DNA of 64,000 nucleotides from an uncultured Bacteroidota bacterium (GCA_963740235.1 CAVUDG010000006.1:1-64000); one strand, 5' to 3'; shown: positions 1 to 10,028, numbered from the stretch's first letter. Notes: generated from the sequence alone by a model not told the origin. Numbers and translations: made by a program.

Positions 1-10
1 GAGGACCATG

Positions 11-1015
11 TCAAGCGGCGGCGGGGGCGGCCGACCCCAGGGCGATCTCGCCGGCCTCGGCCAGCTCCATCACGGCCGCGACGACGACCCGCTGCCCGTC
101 CTCGGCGTCGGCCTCGGTGACCGCCCCGGCCATCTCGATCTCCTCGCGGAGCGCGGCCCCCACGCGCTCGCTGACGCTGGCGAACACGCGGTCCCGGAGG
201 GCGCCGTCGCACCCGTGGAGGGCTCGGGCGAGGGCGCCCTGGTCGACGGCCGACAGGACGCGGGCGAGCGCCCGGTCGTCCAGGCCGGTCAGGTCCTCGA
301 ACACGAACAGCAGCCCCTCGATCCGCTCGGCGAGGTCAGGCGTACGGGCCTTGAGGTCGTCCAGGACGGCGCGGCCGGTCGAGCGGCCCGTCTGCATCAA
401 GATGTCGGCGGCCCGCTTGACCCCGTCGGGCCCGCCGGCGCGGCCCCCGGGCCCGAACCGCTGGCGGAGCGCGGCGTCGAGCGCGGCCAGCGCGCTCGGC
501 GGCGGCGCGGCCAACGTCGACAGCCGGCGGATCACGTCGCCCCGCTGCTCGGCCGGCAGCGCGCCGAGCGCCGCCGCGGCCGGCCGCGCCGGCAGGCGCG
601 ACAGGATGACGGCGGCCGTCTGGGGGTGCTCGCCGGCCAGGAACGCCGCCAGGTCGTCGGGCGGGACCGTCTGCACCAGGTCGAACCCGGTCCCCTCGGT
701 CGCGGCCTCGACGCGCGGGAGGATCGTCGCGGCGCGGTCACCGTCGAGCCCCTCGCGCAAGAACGTCCGGGCGGCCTCAAGCCCCCCGACGGCCTCGACC
801 GGCACCGCCACCCCGGCCGACGACTGGAACGCGTCGAGGACGTCGGCGACGGTCTGGGCCGGGACCCGCCGGAGACGGGCGACCTCGACCGAGAGCCGCT
901 CGACCTCGTCGTCGTCCAGCGTCGGGAGGAGGCGGCTGGCAGTCTCGACGCCCAGGGCGACGACCAGGACGGCGGCCCGCTGGACGCCCGTGAGAGAGGG
1001 GAGGAGAGCGGTCAT
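11..1015 (-). CDS. fliG: flagellar motor switch protein FliG (334 aa, intact)
   Basis: C-terminal 334 aa of minus ORF 11..2683 (MTALLPSLTGVQRAAVLVV...EIEMAGAVTEADAEDGQRVVVAAVMELAEAGEI) is FliG-like. Its ATG follows the fliF stop directly. Confidence 0.9.
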   Translation of the reverse strand: MTALLPSLTGVQRAAVLVVALGVETASRLLPTLDDDEVERLSVEVARLRRVPAQTVADVLDAFQSSAGVAVPVEAVGGLEAARTFLREGLDGDRAATILPRVEAATEGTGFDLVQTVPPDDLAAFLAGEHPQTAAVILSRLPARPAAAALGALPAEQRGDVIRRLSTLAAPPPSALAALDAALRQRFGPGGRAGGPDGVKRAADILMQTGRSTGRAVLDDLKARTPDLAERIEGLLFVFEDLTGLDDRALARVLSAVDQGALARALHGCDGALRDRVFASVSERVGAALREEIEMAGAVTEADAEDGQRVVVAAVMELAEAGEIALGSAAPAAA

Positions 1016-2683
1016 GGGATCAGGCGGTGGCGTCCTCGCGGAGCCAGGAGCGGACGACGGCGGCGGCGGCCTCGGGGTCGCTCGCGACCGACTCGCGCAG
1101 GTTGTCGAGCAGGTCGGAGTCGTCGGCGAGAGCGTGGGCCTCGGGCGACAGCTTGGCCGCGTAGGGGTCGCCCTCGACGCTCTCGATGGTGGCCCGGGCG
1201 CTGGCCTCGGGTAGGCCCAGCAGCTGGCCGTCCTCGCCGACTGACAGCGGGGCTGCGCCTCGCCGGCGGCGAGGGCGGCCTGGGTGCCGTCCACGACGTC
1301 GGGGGTGGGAGGCTCCGTCAGCCCGTCGGCCAGCTTGCGGAGCAGGCGGTAGCCCAGGAACAGGGCGAGCAGGAGCAGGCCGTAGCGGAGCCCCACGCCC
1401 GCCCAGGCCGGCCCGTCGACCGAGGCGAACAGGCTGGGCTCGACGTCGGGCGGCGTTGAGAACCGGATCTGCTGGACGGCGAACCGGTCGCCCCGGGCCT
1501 CGTCGAACCCGACGGCGTTCTTGACCAGGGCCTCGACCTGGCGGAGCTGGGCGTCGCTGAACGGGGTCGGCGCGCCGGGCTCCCGGGGGCGGTCGAGGTC
1601 GGGCGCCGGGGCGGCCTCGTCGAGCACGACCGAGACGCTCAGGGCCCGGATCGTGCCGGCCTCCTGCTCCGACCGCGTCGTGCTCCGGGTGACCTCAAAG
1701 TTCGTCACCGACGACGAGCCGCCGACGCCCTGGGCCACCTCCTCCTGGGTCTCCTGCGAGAGCACGGTCTGGCTCTCGGGGTCGACCGCGTTCGTCTCCA
1801 CGGTCGTCGCGCCAGGTCGAGGTCGGCGGCGACGCGGACGACGGCGCGGCCGGGACCCAGCATCTCGTCGAGCATCGACTGCCCGGCCCCGGCCAGGTAG
1901 GTCTCGACCTCCTGGCGCATCCGCACCTGGGCCGTCGACAGCCCGCTCTCGGCCCCGGCCGCGCCCGGCCCGGCCAGCATCCGACCGGCCTCGTCGAGCA
2001 CGGTGACCTCGTTGGGCGACATCCCCTCGACGGCGCCCGCCACCAGCGCCGTCACGCCGACGACCTGCTCGGCCGAGAGCGAGCCCCGGACCGCCAGCAC
2101 GACCGACGCGCTCGGCGCGGCCTGCTGGTCTCGGAACGGGCTCCGCTCGGGGAGCACCAGGTGGACGCGGGCACGCTCGATCTGGCGGATCGACGAGATC
2201 GTCCTCGAGAGCTCGCCCTCGAGCGCGCGCTTGACGTTGAGGCGCTGCATGAAGTCGGTCATGCCCAGCGTGCCGGTGTCGAACAGCTCGTAGCCGGCGG
2301 GCCCGTCCGTGACGACGCCGGCCGTCGCCATGCGGACGCGCAGGGCCGTAGACCTGGTCGCGCGGGACGTACACCGACGTGCCACCGTCGCGGAGGTCGT
2401 AGGCCACCCCCTCGCCCTCGAGCTGCTCGACCACGCTGCCGGCGTCCTGGGCCGGCAGGTTGCCGAACAGCAGCGCGTAGTCGGGCTGCGCTGGCCCACC
2501 GTCCGACCAGCACAGACGGCGACGACGGCACCACCACGCCGCCCACGACGGCGGCGCGAGCTGATGAGCGACTGGCGGGCCTGGGCGAGGCAGACTGTTC
2601 GGATGCGGGACAGGGGATGAGGGTCTGGGGATGGCCGAGGTGAGGCGGGAGCGAGGGCGATCCCTCCTTCCCCTATCCCTCAA
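1016..2683 (-). pseudogene. fliF: flagellar MS-ring protein FliF, broken by at least 4 apparent frameshifts
   Basis: FliF segments lie in three different frames. PDYALLFGNLPAQDAGSVVEQLEGEGVAYDLRDGGTSVYVPRDQVY and TNFEVTRSTTRSEQEAGTIRALSVSVVLDE are in the 11..2683 frame. GYELFDTGTLGMTDFMQRLNVKRALEGELSRTISSIRQIERARVHLVLPERSPF... is in the 1705..2499 frame. The C-terminus LRESVASDPEAAAAVVRSWLREDATA* is in the third frame. This could be a sequencing artefact or true decay. Confidence 0.8.
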
Positions 2684-2692
2684 CCTCTCCGG

Positions 2693-3024
2693 CTACACCT
2701 GCATCCTCATGATTTCCTGGTAGCCCTCAAGGAGCTTGTTGCGCACTTCGGTGAGCATCTGGAAGTGGAGCTCGGCCTGGTTCATCGAGATCATGACCTC
2801 GTGGACGTTCTCGGTCTCACCGGCCACGAAGGCCTCGACCTGGGCGTCGGCCGACTTCTGTGCGATGTCGACGCGGTCGATGGCCTCCGCCATCGTGGCT
2901 CCGAACGGCGGGCCCTCGGGCGTCTCCGCGATGCCGTTTCGCCTCCGGGACCAAGGATGTTGATCCGGCCCGGCTGGACCGTCTGGGTCGAGCCCACGCG
3001 AGCGGCGATGGCAGAGACAGTCAT
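2693..3024 (-). CDS. fliE: flagellar hook-basal body protein FliE, apparent single frameshift
   Basis: The C-terminus (PPFGATMAEAIDRVDIAQKSADAQVEAFVAGETENVHEVMISMNQAELHFQMLTEVRNKLLEGYQEIMRMQV) is FliE-like in the 2693 frame. The N-terminal MTVSAIAARVGSTQTVQPGRINILGPGG is in the frame of ORF 2791..3132. An alternative continuous start is the ATGA-coupled ATG at about 3256. Confidence 0.7.
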
Positions 3025-3252
3025 CACGCCGAGAGGTCGAGCCGGCCGCCGACCTGGGCCGGCGGTGGACGCCACGACCGGGGCCGTAGAGCTTCTGGGC
3101 GATCTGCGGCCGCGCCGGGAAGGCGTCCGCAATCGTGGCCTCTTCGGCCTTAGACAGCGCGGCAGCCGGGGCGCCGACCTCGAGCGCCGGACGGGCGAAC
3201 GGCCGGCGTCTGGAACGCGGCGGGCGGACGGAAGTGGGGGAGCGTGAGCCTG

Positions 3253-3786
3253 TCATCGTGGTGGGAGTGCGGAGGGAGTCGTCGGGCCGCAGATTTCGAG
3301 GGAACGCTTGATCATCTCTTTGGCGGCCTTGACGGACGTCAGGTTGGCTTCGTAGACGCGGTTGGCCGAGATCATCTGGGCCATCTCGTCCACGACGTTG
3401 ATGTCGGGGTAGTGGACGTAGCCGTCGACGTCGGCGTCGGGGTGGGTGGGGTCGTACTCGAGGCGCTCGCGGTTGTCGGAGACCACCTCTGTCGCAGGAC
3501 CGAGCTCGGCGCGGCCGACGGACCGGGCACGGGCGACGCCGCCCAGGTGGCGGGGGTCGGTGGACCGCATGGGCAGCTCCGCCTGCCGCGGAGCGGCCTC
3601 GAAGCGGCGGGCGCCGCCTTGGGCGGTCTGGATTGCGCGCTTGGGCTGGTACGGCGTGCCGTCCTCCGTGCGTGTCGTGGTCGCGTTCGCGATGTTCTCC
3701 GTCGCGACGCCCAAGCGAATGCGCTGGGCCTCGAGGCCGCGAGCGGCGGTACGGAAGGGGCTCGCGCCGCGGATGGGAGACAACAT
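3253..3786 (-). CDS. flgC: flagellar basal-body rod protein FlgC
   Basis: ORF 3253..3807 has the AQRIRLGVATENIANATTTRTEDGTPYQPK ... YPDINVVDEMAQMISANRVYEANLTSVKAAKEMIKRSLEI signature of FlgC. Start taken as MLSPIRG. Confidence 0.8.
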   Translation of the reverse strand: MLSPIRGASPFRTAARGLEAQRIRLGVATENIANATTTRTEDGTPYQPKRAIQTAQGGARRFEAAPRQAELPMRSTDPRHLGGVARARSVGRAELGPATEVVSDNRERLEYDPTHPDADVDGYVHYPDINVVDEMAQMISANRVYEANLTSVKAAKEMIKRSLEICGPTTPSALPPR

Positions 3787-3828
3787 TGAGGTCGGTGGGT
3801 GGTGCAAGCGGGCGGAGCCCGGTTACGG

Positions 3829-4158
3829 CTACATGGAGCGGCCGGTGATGCCGGTGCGCATCCGGGCGAAGTGCTCGTGGAGCGCCCTCGAGGCCAGCTG
3901 CGTTCGCATCTGGGTGTCGGCGATCTCCATGAGCTCGTCCTCCAAGAGCGGCGGGCGGTCTTCCTCGACGGCCTGTGCCGTGACTCGCCTCGGCGCCGCT
4001 GGCACCGCGACGAGCACGCTGGAGCGACTCCTCGAAGCGGACGGACAGCCGTTCGTAGCCGGGCGTGTCGAGGTTGGCGACGTTCGAGGACAGCGCCTGC
4101 ATCCGCCACGAGTACGCCTGCATGGCGTTCTGGAGGATGCGGAGGTGGGAGGTAGTCA
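3829..4158 (-). CDS. flgB: flagellar basal-body rod protein FlgB, one apparent frameshift; TTG start
   Basis: N-terminus LTTSHLRILQNAMQAYSWRMQALSSNVANLDTPGYERLSVRFEESLQRA is in the 2693..4543 frame. C-terminus ELMEIADTQMRTQLASRALHEHFARMRTGITG is in ORF 3829..4017. Confidence 0.7.
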
Positions 4159-4180
4159 ACGGGGCGGGGGCGTCGCCCGT

Positions 4181-4207
4181 CTTGCCGATCTCCGTGCCAG
4201 TCCGCGG
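4181..4207 (-). promoter_or_regulatory. possible sigma54-like promoter upstream of flgB (spacing one nt longer than consensus)
   Basis: Minus strand cTGGCACggagatcGGCAAg. The GG/GC spacing is 11 instead of 10. Confidence 0.3.
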
Positions 4208-4349
4208 CTGGCCCGTCAGGCTCGTTTGGCAGTGACCCCGCTGCAGCGAATTGCAGGCCGCGGCAAGTTTAGCCGGTGCTGGAAACGCTTGCCGGACCTC
4301 GGGCGCGGGAGGTGTACTTTGTCGTCGGCTCACCCACCACCACGTGGAC

Positions 4350-5762
4350 ATGTCCGCAGCGCCGGCCGCCCCCTCTCGCGTCCTGTTCGTCGACGACGAG
4401 CTCCCCCTCCGTACCGTCGTCTCGCGACTCCTCGAGCGTCGCGGCGTCGAGGTCACGACCGCCGGCGACGCCGTCACGGCGGTCGAGATGATGCGCGACC
4501 AGCCGTTCGACCTGATCCTGACGGACTTCCAGATGCCCGACATGGACGGGTTCGAGTTGCTCGCCCACGTCCGTGAGCACTATCCGGACACGCCGGCCAT
4601 CATGATGACGGGCCACGCGAGCGTGCAGCACGCCGTCCAGGCGATGGCCAACGGCGCCGTCGACTACCTCCCGAAGCCGTTCGCCGTCGAGGCTCTGGCC
4701 GAGCGCGTGATGGGCCAGATCGAGGCCCGCCGCACGGAGGCGCGTCGACCTCGAGGCCGGACATGCCCTCGAGGACGCGGACGCCGCGGTCGCACGCGGA
4801 CAGGACCGGCGCATTCGTCGGGCGAGCATCCGGCCATCGTGTCGTTACGAGAGCTTGCGGGACGCGTGGCGACCTCGAAGGCGCCCATCTTCGTCCACGG
4901 CGAGAGCGGGACGGGCAAGGAGGTGATGGCGCGCTACGTCCACGACGCGAGCAAGCGGAAGGGGCCGTTCGTCGCCATCAACTGCGCCAACCTGCCGCGC
5001 GAGTTGGTCGAGAGCGCGCTGTTCGGCCACAAGAAGGGATCGTTCACGGGCGCGTCCTCCGACCACTCGGGCGTCTTCGAGGAGGCCGACGGCGGCACGC
5101 TCTTGTTGGACGAGGTCACAGAGGTCGATCCGGCCGTCCAGGCCAAGCTGCTCCGCGTGTTGCAGGAGGGCGAGGTCCAGCCCGTCGGCGCGCGCCGGCC
5201 CAAGAAGGTGGACGTCCGCATCGTGGCGACGACCAACCGCGACGTGGCGCAGGCCATCGAGGACGGCACCTTCCGCGACGACCTCTACCACCGCCTCGCC
5301 GTCTTCCCGCGTCTGCCTGCCCCCGCTCCGCGAGCGCGGCGACGACGTGCGCCTGCTCGCGGAGCGATTCGTCGAGAAGTACTGCGCGCTCTACGGCTAC
5401 GGCCGAAGACGGCATCGCGACGGCCCTGATGGATCGCTTCCTCGCGGCGGATTGGCCCGGCAACGTGCGCCAGCTCGAGAACATGGTCCACCGTGGCGTG
5501 GTGCTCTCGGCCGAGCGCGACGTGATCGAGCCGGGCGATGTCCATCATGCCGGCCTCGATGACGCGGCGCCCATCGACGGCGGGCCTGACGCCGCGTCCG
5601 CTCGCGGTCACGACGCTCGATGAGATGGAGCGCCACATGATCGTTGCAGGCCCTCCACGAGAGCGACGGCAACCAGGTCCAGGCCGCCGAGCGGCTCGGC
5701 ATCTCGACCGGACCATCCGAAACAAGCTCAAGAAGTACCGCGAGGAGGGCTTCGTCGACTGA
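4350..5762 (+). pseudogene. sigma54-dependent response regulator (FleR/FlrC/NtrC family: REC + AAA+ + Fis HTH), at least 3 apparent frameshifts
   Basis: REC domain RVLFVDDELPLRTVVSRLLE...DLILTDFQMPDMDGFELL. AAA+ sigma54 domain FVHGESGTGKEVMARYVH...GSFTGA...LLLDEV and DLYHRLAVFP. The segment LLAERFVEKYCALYGY is in ORF 5347..5562. The segment ALMDRFLAADWPGNVRQLENMVHRGVVL is in ORF 4763..5623. The HTH end RTIRNKLKKYREEGFVD is in ORF 5538..5762. Confidence 0.8.
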
Positions 5763-5778
5763 CGCGCCCGCCGGCTGA

Positions 5779-5807
5779 GCCCGCCTCGGCGGCCCGGCCG
5801 AGGCGGC
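5779..5807. repeat. REP-like GC palindrome CCCGCCTCGG..CCGAGGCGG (after the sigma54 regulator gene)
   Basis: gcccgcctcggcggcccggccgaggcggc. Confidence 0.7.
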
Positions 5808-5951
5808 ATGGGGGAGGCGCAGCGTGCTGGCACGGCGGCTCCGGGGTCGGCCTCTGCCCCCGACGCATCCGTACGCGGCCCGACGGCGCCTGCGCTCGCC
5901 GACGTCCTCCGGAGGGGCGCGCGAGCCCGGCGGACCGGCTGCGTCGCAGCG

Positions 5952-6317
5952 CTACGGCCGGTCGGCGCCGGTGACGTCGTCGGTGACGGCGCCGGCGATC
6001 CGGTCGACGGCCCCGGGCTGGTCGTAGTACCCGGTCCGGACACGCTCGCGGAGCTCGTGGAGGCGCGCGGGTCCCAGGTCGGACTCGCTGCGCAGAGCGA
6101 CGCGCGCCGCCTCGACATCGGGGTCGGCCGCGCCGGTCGTGGGGCCGGCCTGGGCGCCGGCCTGGGCGCGGGCGGCGGCCGAGATCTCGACGCGGTCCTG
6201 CCCAGGGGCCGCCGTGCCGCCGGCCGGGCCGGGGTCGCGGGCGTCGGCAGGCTGCTGGCGGACGCCGTCCACGGCGGGGACGGACGAGCGCGGGTCGGAG
6301 GAGAGCGGGGACATCAT
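5952..6317 (-). CDS. flgM: anti-sigma-28 factor FlgM
   Basis: 121-aa ORF with C-terminal RLHELRERVRTGYYDQPGAVDRIAGAV typical of FlgM. Lies downstream of the fliD operon. Confidence 0.7.
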   Translation of the reverse strand: MMSPLSSDPRSSVPAVDGVRQQPADARDPGPAGGTAAPGQDRVEISAAARAQAGAQAGPTTGAADPDVEAARVALRSESDLGPARLHELRERVRTGYYDQPGAVDRIAGAVTDDVTGADRP

Positions 6318-6399
6318 GACCAGTAGGGGAGGTCGCGGGGGGCGGGTACAGCCCTGATCGAACGGGGCGGGCGGAGCTTAAGCCGGAATCTGCACGGCG

Positions 6400-6741
6400 T
6401 CACCGGGGGGCCGTGTCGACCACGGTCGGTGCCGGCCCGGCCCCGTACCCCCGGCCCGCTGTCGCGGCCCGGCCGGCGGCAGCGAGAGCGCCGCCGAGGG
6501 CGTCGGACCGGTCGCGGAGGGCCCTGCGGACCCGGGCGTGCTGGTCTCGGAACCGAGCGGCCAGGTCCGGCGGGGCCGGGAGGTCCGCCCGGCCGATCTC
6601 GACGACGAGCCGGTGGTGACGGTCGAGCGCGTGGGCGGCGGCGTCGAGGTCGCCCGCGTCGAGGGCGTCGGCCAAGCGGTCGCCAGCGTCCAAGGCGCGG
6701 GCGTAGAGAGACCGGGCGGCGGCGGAGTCCGGGGCGTGCAT
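6400..6741 (-). CDS. hypothetical helical protein; by position possibly a FliT/FlgN-like flagellar export chaperone
   Basis: 113-aa ORF (SLYARALDAGDRLADALDAGDLDAAAHALDRHHRLVVEI) between fliD and flgM. No firm homology. Confidence 0.35.
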   Translation of the reverse strand: MHAPDSAAARSLYARALDAGDRLADALDAGDLDAAAHALDRHHRLVVEIGRADLPAPPDLAARFRDQHARVRRALRDRSDALGGALAAAGRAATAGRGYGAGPAPTVVDTAPR

Positions 6742-6750
6742 CCGGTCGGC

Positions 6751-8280
6751 CTAGTAGAACAGCGACGCGAGCGACGCGAACTGGCCCTCGGCCCGCGTCG
6801 TGATCTCCTGGAGCTGAGCGAACTGAGCGCGGAGCGAGTCCTCGCGGGAGGCCAGCCGGACCTTCCACCGGTCGATCTGGGAGTCGAGCCGGCGGACGCG
6901 CTCGTCGCTCCCGCGCTTGCGCTGCTCGATCGTGCCCTGGGGCCCCTGGAGGTCGCCGAGTCGCGACGACAGCCGCTCCGCGACGCCGTCGGCCCCGGCG
7001 AACAGCGCGCCGACGGCGTCGGGGGAGGACCGGAGCGCGGCGTCGAGGGCGGCCCCGTCGGCGATCGTGAGCGTCCCGTCCCGGGCCGTCTCGATGCCGA
7101 GGTCGGCCAACCGGCTCAGGGCGCCGGCCCCCTCGACCGCCCGGCCGAGGTCGGTCCGGATCCCCGAGCGGAGCCCGCGGACCGCGGCGTCGCCGGCGAA
7201 CGTGCCCCGGGCGCCCGTCTCGCCGTCCACCTTCGTCTTGGTGTTGAGGAACGAGACGAGCCCGTTGTAGGCCTTGACGAACGACTCGACCTCGGACCGC
7301 ATCCCCTTGACGTCGGCCCCGACGGTGAGCGCGGAGGGCGGGGCGACCGACGACAGCGTGAGCGTGACGCCGTCGAGCGCGTCGCCGACGGTGTTGGAGT
7401 CGCGGTAGAGCGAGAGGCCGTCGAGCGTGAACGCCGCGCTGAGCGCCGAGTCCTCGGCGCCCGTCCCGACGGCGTAGACGGCGCCGCCGCCCTCGCCGGA
7501 GCGGACCTCGGTCCGGTCGACCTCGAGCGCGGCCAGGAGCCCGTCGGGGTCCGAGAACGTGAGCCGGTTGCCGAAGCCCGTCGCCCCGCTGCGGAGCGAC
7601 AGCCGCGACGTCCCGCTCGTCTCGTGGACGACCGACGCCGAGACGCCGGTCCCCTCGGCCACCAGCCCGCCCGCCTCGGCCGCCGCGAGCGCGTCGTTGA
7701 CGGCCGCCGCGACGCCGGCGAGCACGTCGGCGTCGGTCGCGCCCTCGGGGGGCGAGTAGCTCACCGCGAGGTCGACCGGGTTGCCCTCGGGCTGGGCGAG
7801 GTGGACCGTGAACGACCGCGTGCCGATGGTGTCGGGCGTCGCCGGCGTCGGGGGAGGCACCCCGAGCGGGCCACCGGGGTCGCCGGGGTCGCCGGGGTCC
7901 ACGAACCGCGCCGCCAGGCCGGCGCCGTCGTCGGCGAACCGCTTGGAGAGGCGCGCGTCGGCGCGGGCGAGCTGGGTCACCTCGACCTGGTGCTCGCCCG
8001 GGGCCGCCCCGTCCGACGTCGTCGCGGTGAAGCCCCCGCCCACGCCGACCGTCGCCGACGTGGCCGAGAACGGGGACCGGAGCGGGTCGGCAAGCTTGCC
8101 CAGCAGCGTGTCGAGCGTCGACACCCGGCTGGAGAAGTCGCTGAGCACGCCCTTGTAGACCCCCTGCTCGGTCTTCTCGGCGACGAGCTTGAGCCGGGGC
8201 TGCGACTCGACCGCGATGACCTGGCCGATGAGCTGCTCGTAGAGCGAGCCCGAGTTGTAGATCTTGGAGAGGTTGGTCAT
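6751..8280 (-). CDS. fliD: flagellar filament cap protein FliD (hook-associated protein 2)
   Basis: MTNLSKIYNSGSLYEQLIGQVIAVESQPRLKLVAEKTEQGVYKGVLSDF... and C-terminal RLDSQIDRWKVRLASREDSLRAQFAQLQE match FliD. Confidence 0.9.
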   Translation of the reverse strand: MTNLSKIYNSGSLYEQLIGQVIAVESQPRLKLVAEKTEQGVYKGVLSDFSSRVSTLDTLLGKLADPLRSPFSATSATVGVGGGFTATTSDGAAPGEHQVEVTQLARADARLSKRFADDGAGLAARFVDPGDPGDPGGPLGVPPPTPATPDTIGTRSFTVHLAQPEGNPVDLAVSYSPPEGATDADVLAGVAAAVNDALAAAEAGGLVAEGTGVSASVVHETSGTSRLSLRSGATGFGNRLTFSDPDGLLAALEVDRTEVRSGEGGGAVYAVGTGAEDSALSAAFTLDGLSLYRDSNTVGDALDGVTLTLSSVAPPSALTVGADVKGMRSEVESFVKAYNGLVSFLNTKTKVDGETGARGTFAGDAAVRGLRSGIRTDLGRAVEGAGALSRLADLGIETARDGTLTIADGAALDAALRSSPDAVGALFAGADGVAERLSSRLGDLQGPQGTIEQRKRGSDERVRRLDSQIDRWKVRLASREDSLRAQFAQLQEITTRAEGQFASLASLFY

Positions 8281-8291
8281 GGGGGCCGGGG

Positions 8292-8624
8292 TCAGGCGGC
8301 GACGGCGACGGGCGTCGGCGCGAGCGCCGCCTGGCGCCACGCGTCGCGCAGGCCGTCGAGGACCTCCGCGACGACGCCGAGGTCGCCGGCGTTGGCCGCC
8401 CGGATCGAGAAGTCGTAGAGCCCGCGCAGGTTCTCGGCCAGCTCGCCGCCGCGCTCCAGGTCGAGCGCCGCCGTCAGCTCGACGAGCGCGCGGCGCGTCC
8501 GGGCGGCGTCGCCGGTCTGGGCGGCGCTCAGGCCGATCCCGTAGAGCTTGTCGATCAAGACGGCGGGGGAGGCGTTGCGCACGGCCTGCTGCTGGTAGAG
8601 ACGGAGCGGGTTGGGGGCGGGCAT
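8292..8624 (-). CDS. fliS: flagellin-specific chaperone FliS
   Basis: 110 aa. LRLYQQQAVRNASPAVLIDKLYGIGL...LDLERGGELAENLRGLYDFSIRAANAGD...VLDGLRDAW is the FliS signature. Confidence 0.85.
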   Translation of the reverse strand: MPAPNPLRLYQQQAVRNASPAVLIDKLYGIGLSAAQTGDAARTRRALVELTAALDLERGGELAENLRGLYDFSIRAANAGDLGVVAEVLDGLRDAWRQAALAPTPVAVAA

Positions 8625-8687
8625 GGGGACGACTGCAAAGGGTGTTCCGGGGACGGGCGGGGGGCGACGGGCGCCCCTACCCCGCTT

Positions 8688-8712
8688 ATCGAGGGGGCGG
8701 CGGCGAGCTTTA
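8688..8712 (-). promoter_or_regulatory. sigma28 (FliA) promoter of the fliS-fliD-flgM operon: TAAAG-N16-CGATAA
   Basis: Minus strand TAAAGctcgccgccgccccctCGATAAg between the fliC terminator and the fliS start (8624). Confidence 0.65.
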
Positions 8713-8719
8713 CCGCCGG

Positions 8720-8768
8720 CCGGAAAAAGCGCCGCCCCGGCCCGCCTCGGTGCTGGGGCGGGCCGGGG
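8720..8768 (-). terminator. rho-independent terminator of fliC (REP-type hairpin + T-tract)
   Basis: Minus strand ccccggcccgccCCAGCACCGAggcgggccgggg followed by cggcgcTTTTTCC. Confidence 0.7.
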
Positions 8769-8897
8769 CGGGGTCCCAGACGGACTCCGGCCCGCCAGCG
8801 CGCGAGGCGCCGGCGGGCCGGACGGACAGGGCCGGGGGGCCGCCAGAACCAGGGTCCGTAGTCGGCCCCGTCCTGGTCCCCGTCTACTAGGCGGGGC

Positions 8898-10028
8898 CTA
8901 GAAGAACGAGAGGACGGACTGGGGGGCGGCGTTCGCCTGGGCGAACATGGCCGAGCCCGTCTGCTGGAGGATCTGGAGCTTGACGATCTCCATCTGCTCC
9001 TTGGCGAAGTCGGCGTCGGCGATCCGGCTGTTGGCCGCGTCGTAGTTGTTCATCGACGTCTCGAGGTTCTGGGCCTTGAAGTCGAGCCGGTTCTGGACGT
9101 CGCCCAACCCGGAGGCCGTCTTGCTCACCGTCGCGATCGCCGCGTCGATGGTCGTCAGCGCGGCCGCCACGCCGGCGTCGTCGGTCAGGTCGATGGCGGC
9201 CGTGAAGTCGCCCTCCTCGACGGCCGCCCCGAAGGCGACGTCGAACGAGTCGCCCGCGGCCTGGTCGGCCAGCGTGATCTCGACGCCGTCGACCGTCGCC
9301 TTGTCGGACGTGATGGCGTAGGTGTTCGTGCCGTCGTTGAGCTGGAGGCCCGTGCCCCCGTCGCTCTCGACCGTGTACGAGGCGGTGCGCGACTCGCCGG
9401 TGTAGGTGCTCTGGTCGGCGATGGAGGCTGCGAACGTCCCCGTAGAGACGTCGGCGTCGTTGACGTTGCTCACGGCGGCCGTCGAGTCGGCGTCGGCCGC
9501 GGCGACCGAGCCGAGCCCGAGCGTCGAGAGGCCCATCTGGGAGACGCTGGCCCCGAACGTGTCGCCTGAGGCGTCGCCGACCTGGAACGAGAGGCTCGTC
9601 GAGCCCGTGTCGGAGAACAGCTTGGTGCCGTTGAACTCGGCGCCGCCCAGGATGTCGGAGACCTCGGCCGAGAGCGCGTCGACCTGGCTCTGGATCGCGG
9701 CGCGCTCCTCGGCGCCCATCGAGGAGTTCCCGGCCTGGACCGCCTTCTCCTTGATCGTCTGGAGGATGTCCATCGTCGAGTTCAGCGAGCCCTCGGCGAC
9801 GGTCAGCATCGACTTGGCGTCGCCGATGTTGCTCAGCGCTTGGGCCTGGCCCCGCGTCTTGGCGGTGAGCTTGTTCGAGATCGTGAACCCGGCCGAGTCG
9901 TCGGCGGCGGAGTTGATCTTGCTGCCCGTGGCGAGGCGGAGCTGGCGGGCGCCGATCCCCTCGGTCGTCTTGTTGAGCGACGACAGCGCGAGGGCGGACT
10001 GGGTGTTGGTGTTGATGCGGAACGACAT
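8898..10028 (-). CDS. fliC: flagellin (377 aa)
   Basis: MSFRINTNTQSALALSSLNKTTEGIGARQLRLATGSKINSAADDSAGFTISNKL... and C-terminal NRLDFKAQNLETSMNNYDAANSRIADADFAKEQMEIVKLQILQQTGSAMFAQANAAPQSVLSFF. The ORF track start at 10556 is an upstream out-of-frame extension. Confidence 0.9.
   Translation of the reverse strand: MSFRINTNTQSALALSSLNKTTEGIGARQLRLATGSKINSAADDSAGFTISNKLTAKTRGQAQALSNIGDAKSMLTVAEGSLNSTMDILQTIKEKAVQAGNSSMGAEERAAIQSQVDALSAEVSDILGGAEFNGTKLFSDTGSTSLSFQVGDASGDTFGASVSQMGLSTLGLGSVAAADADSTAAVSNVNDADVSTGTFAASIADQSTYTGESRTASYTVESDGGTGLQLNDGTNTYAITSDKATVDGVEITLADQAAGDSFDVAFGAAVEEGDFTAAIDLTDDAGVAAALTTIDAAIATVSKTASGLGDVQNRLDFKAQNLETSMNNYDAANSRIADADFAKEQMEIVKLQILQQTGSAMFAQANAAPQSVLSFF

Noticed and set aside
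8-1459. Long Arg/Gly/Pro-rich ORFs on the opposite strand or off-frame of real genes (8..1459, 117..1214, 2693..4543 as a single 616-aa protein, 5285..6118, 6314..6868, 8887..10863, 11131..13005, 13873..15333, 15760..17556, 51144..53426 and similar).
   Set aside because: Low-complexity R/P/G/A composition, no domains, and complete overlap with well-supported genes. These are the usual stop-codon-poor wrong-frame artefacts of a ~70% GC genome.
11-2683. An 890-aa FliF-FliG fusion protein, as suggested by the single ORF 11..2683.
   Set aside because: The FliF C-terminus (…VVRSWLREDATA*) ends with its own stop in another frame, and fliG starts with its own ATG. The continuous ORF is a read-through of the frame in which only parts of fliF lie.
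2693-3256. FliE as a continuous 187-aa protein starting at the ATGA-coupled ATG at about 3256.
   Set aside because: The N-terminal 80 aa of that frame are R/P-rich junk. A 110-aa FliE with canonical N-terminus MTVSAIAARVGS... is obtained if one frame change is allowed. I kept it as an alternative, not the preferred model.
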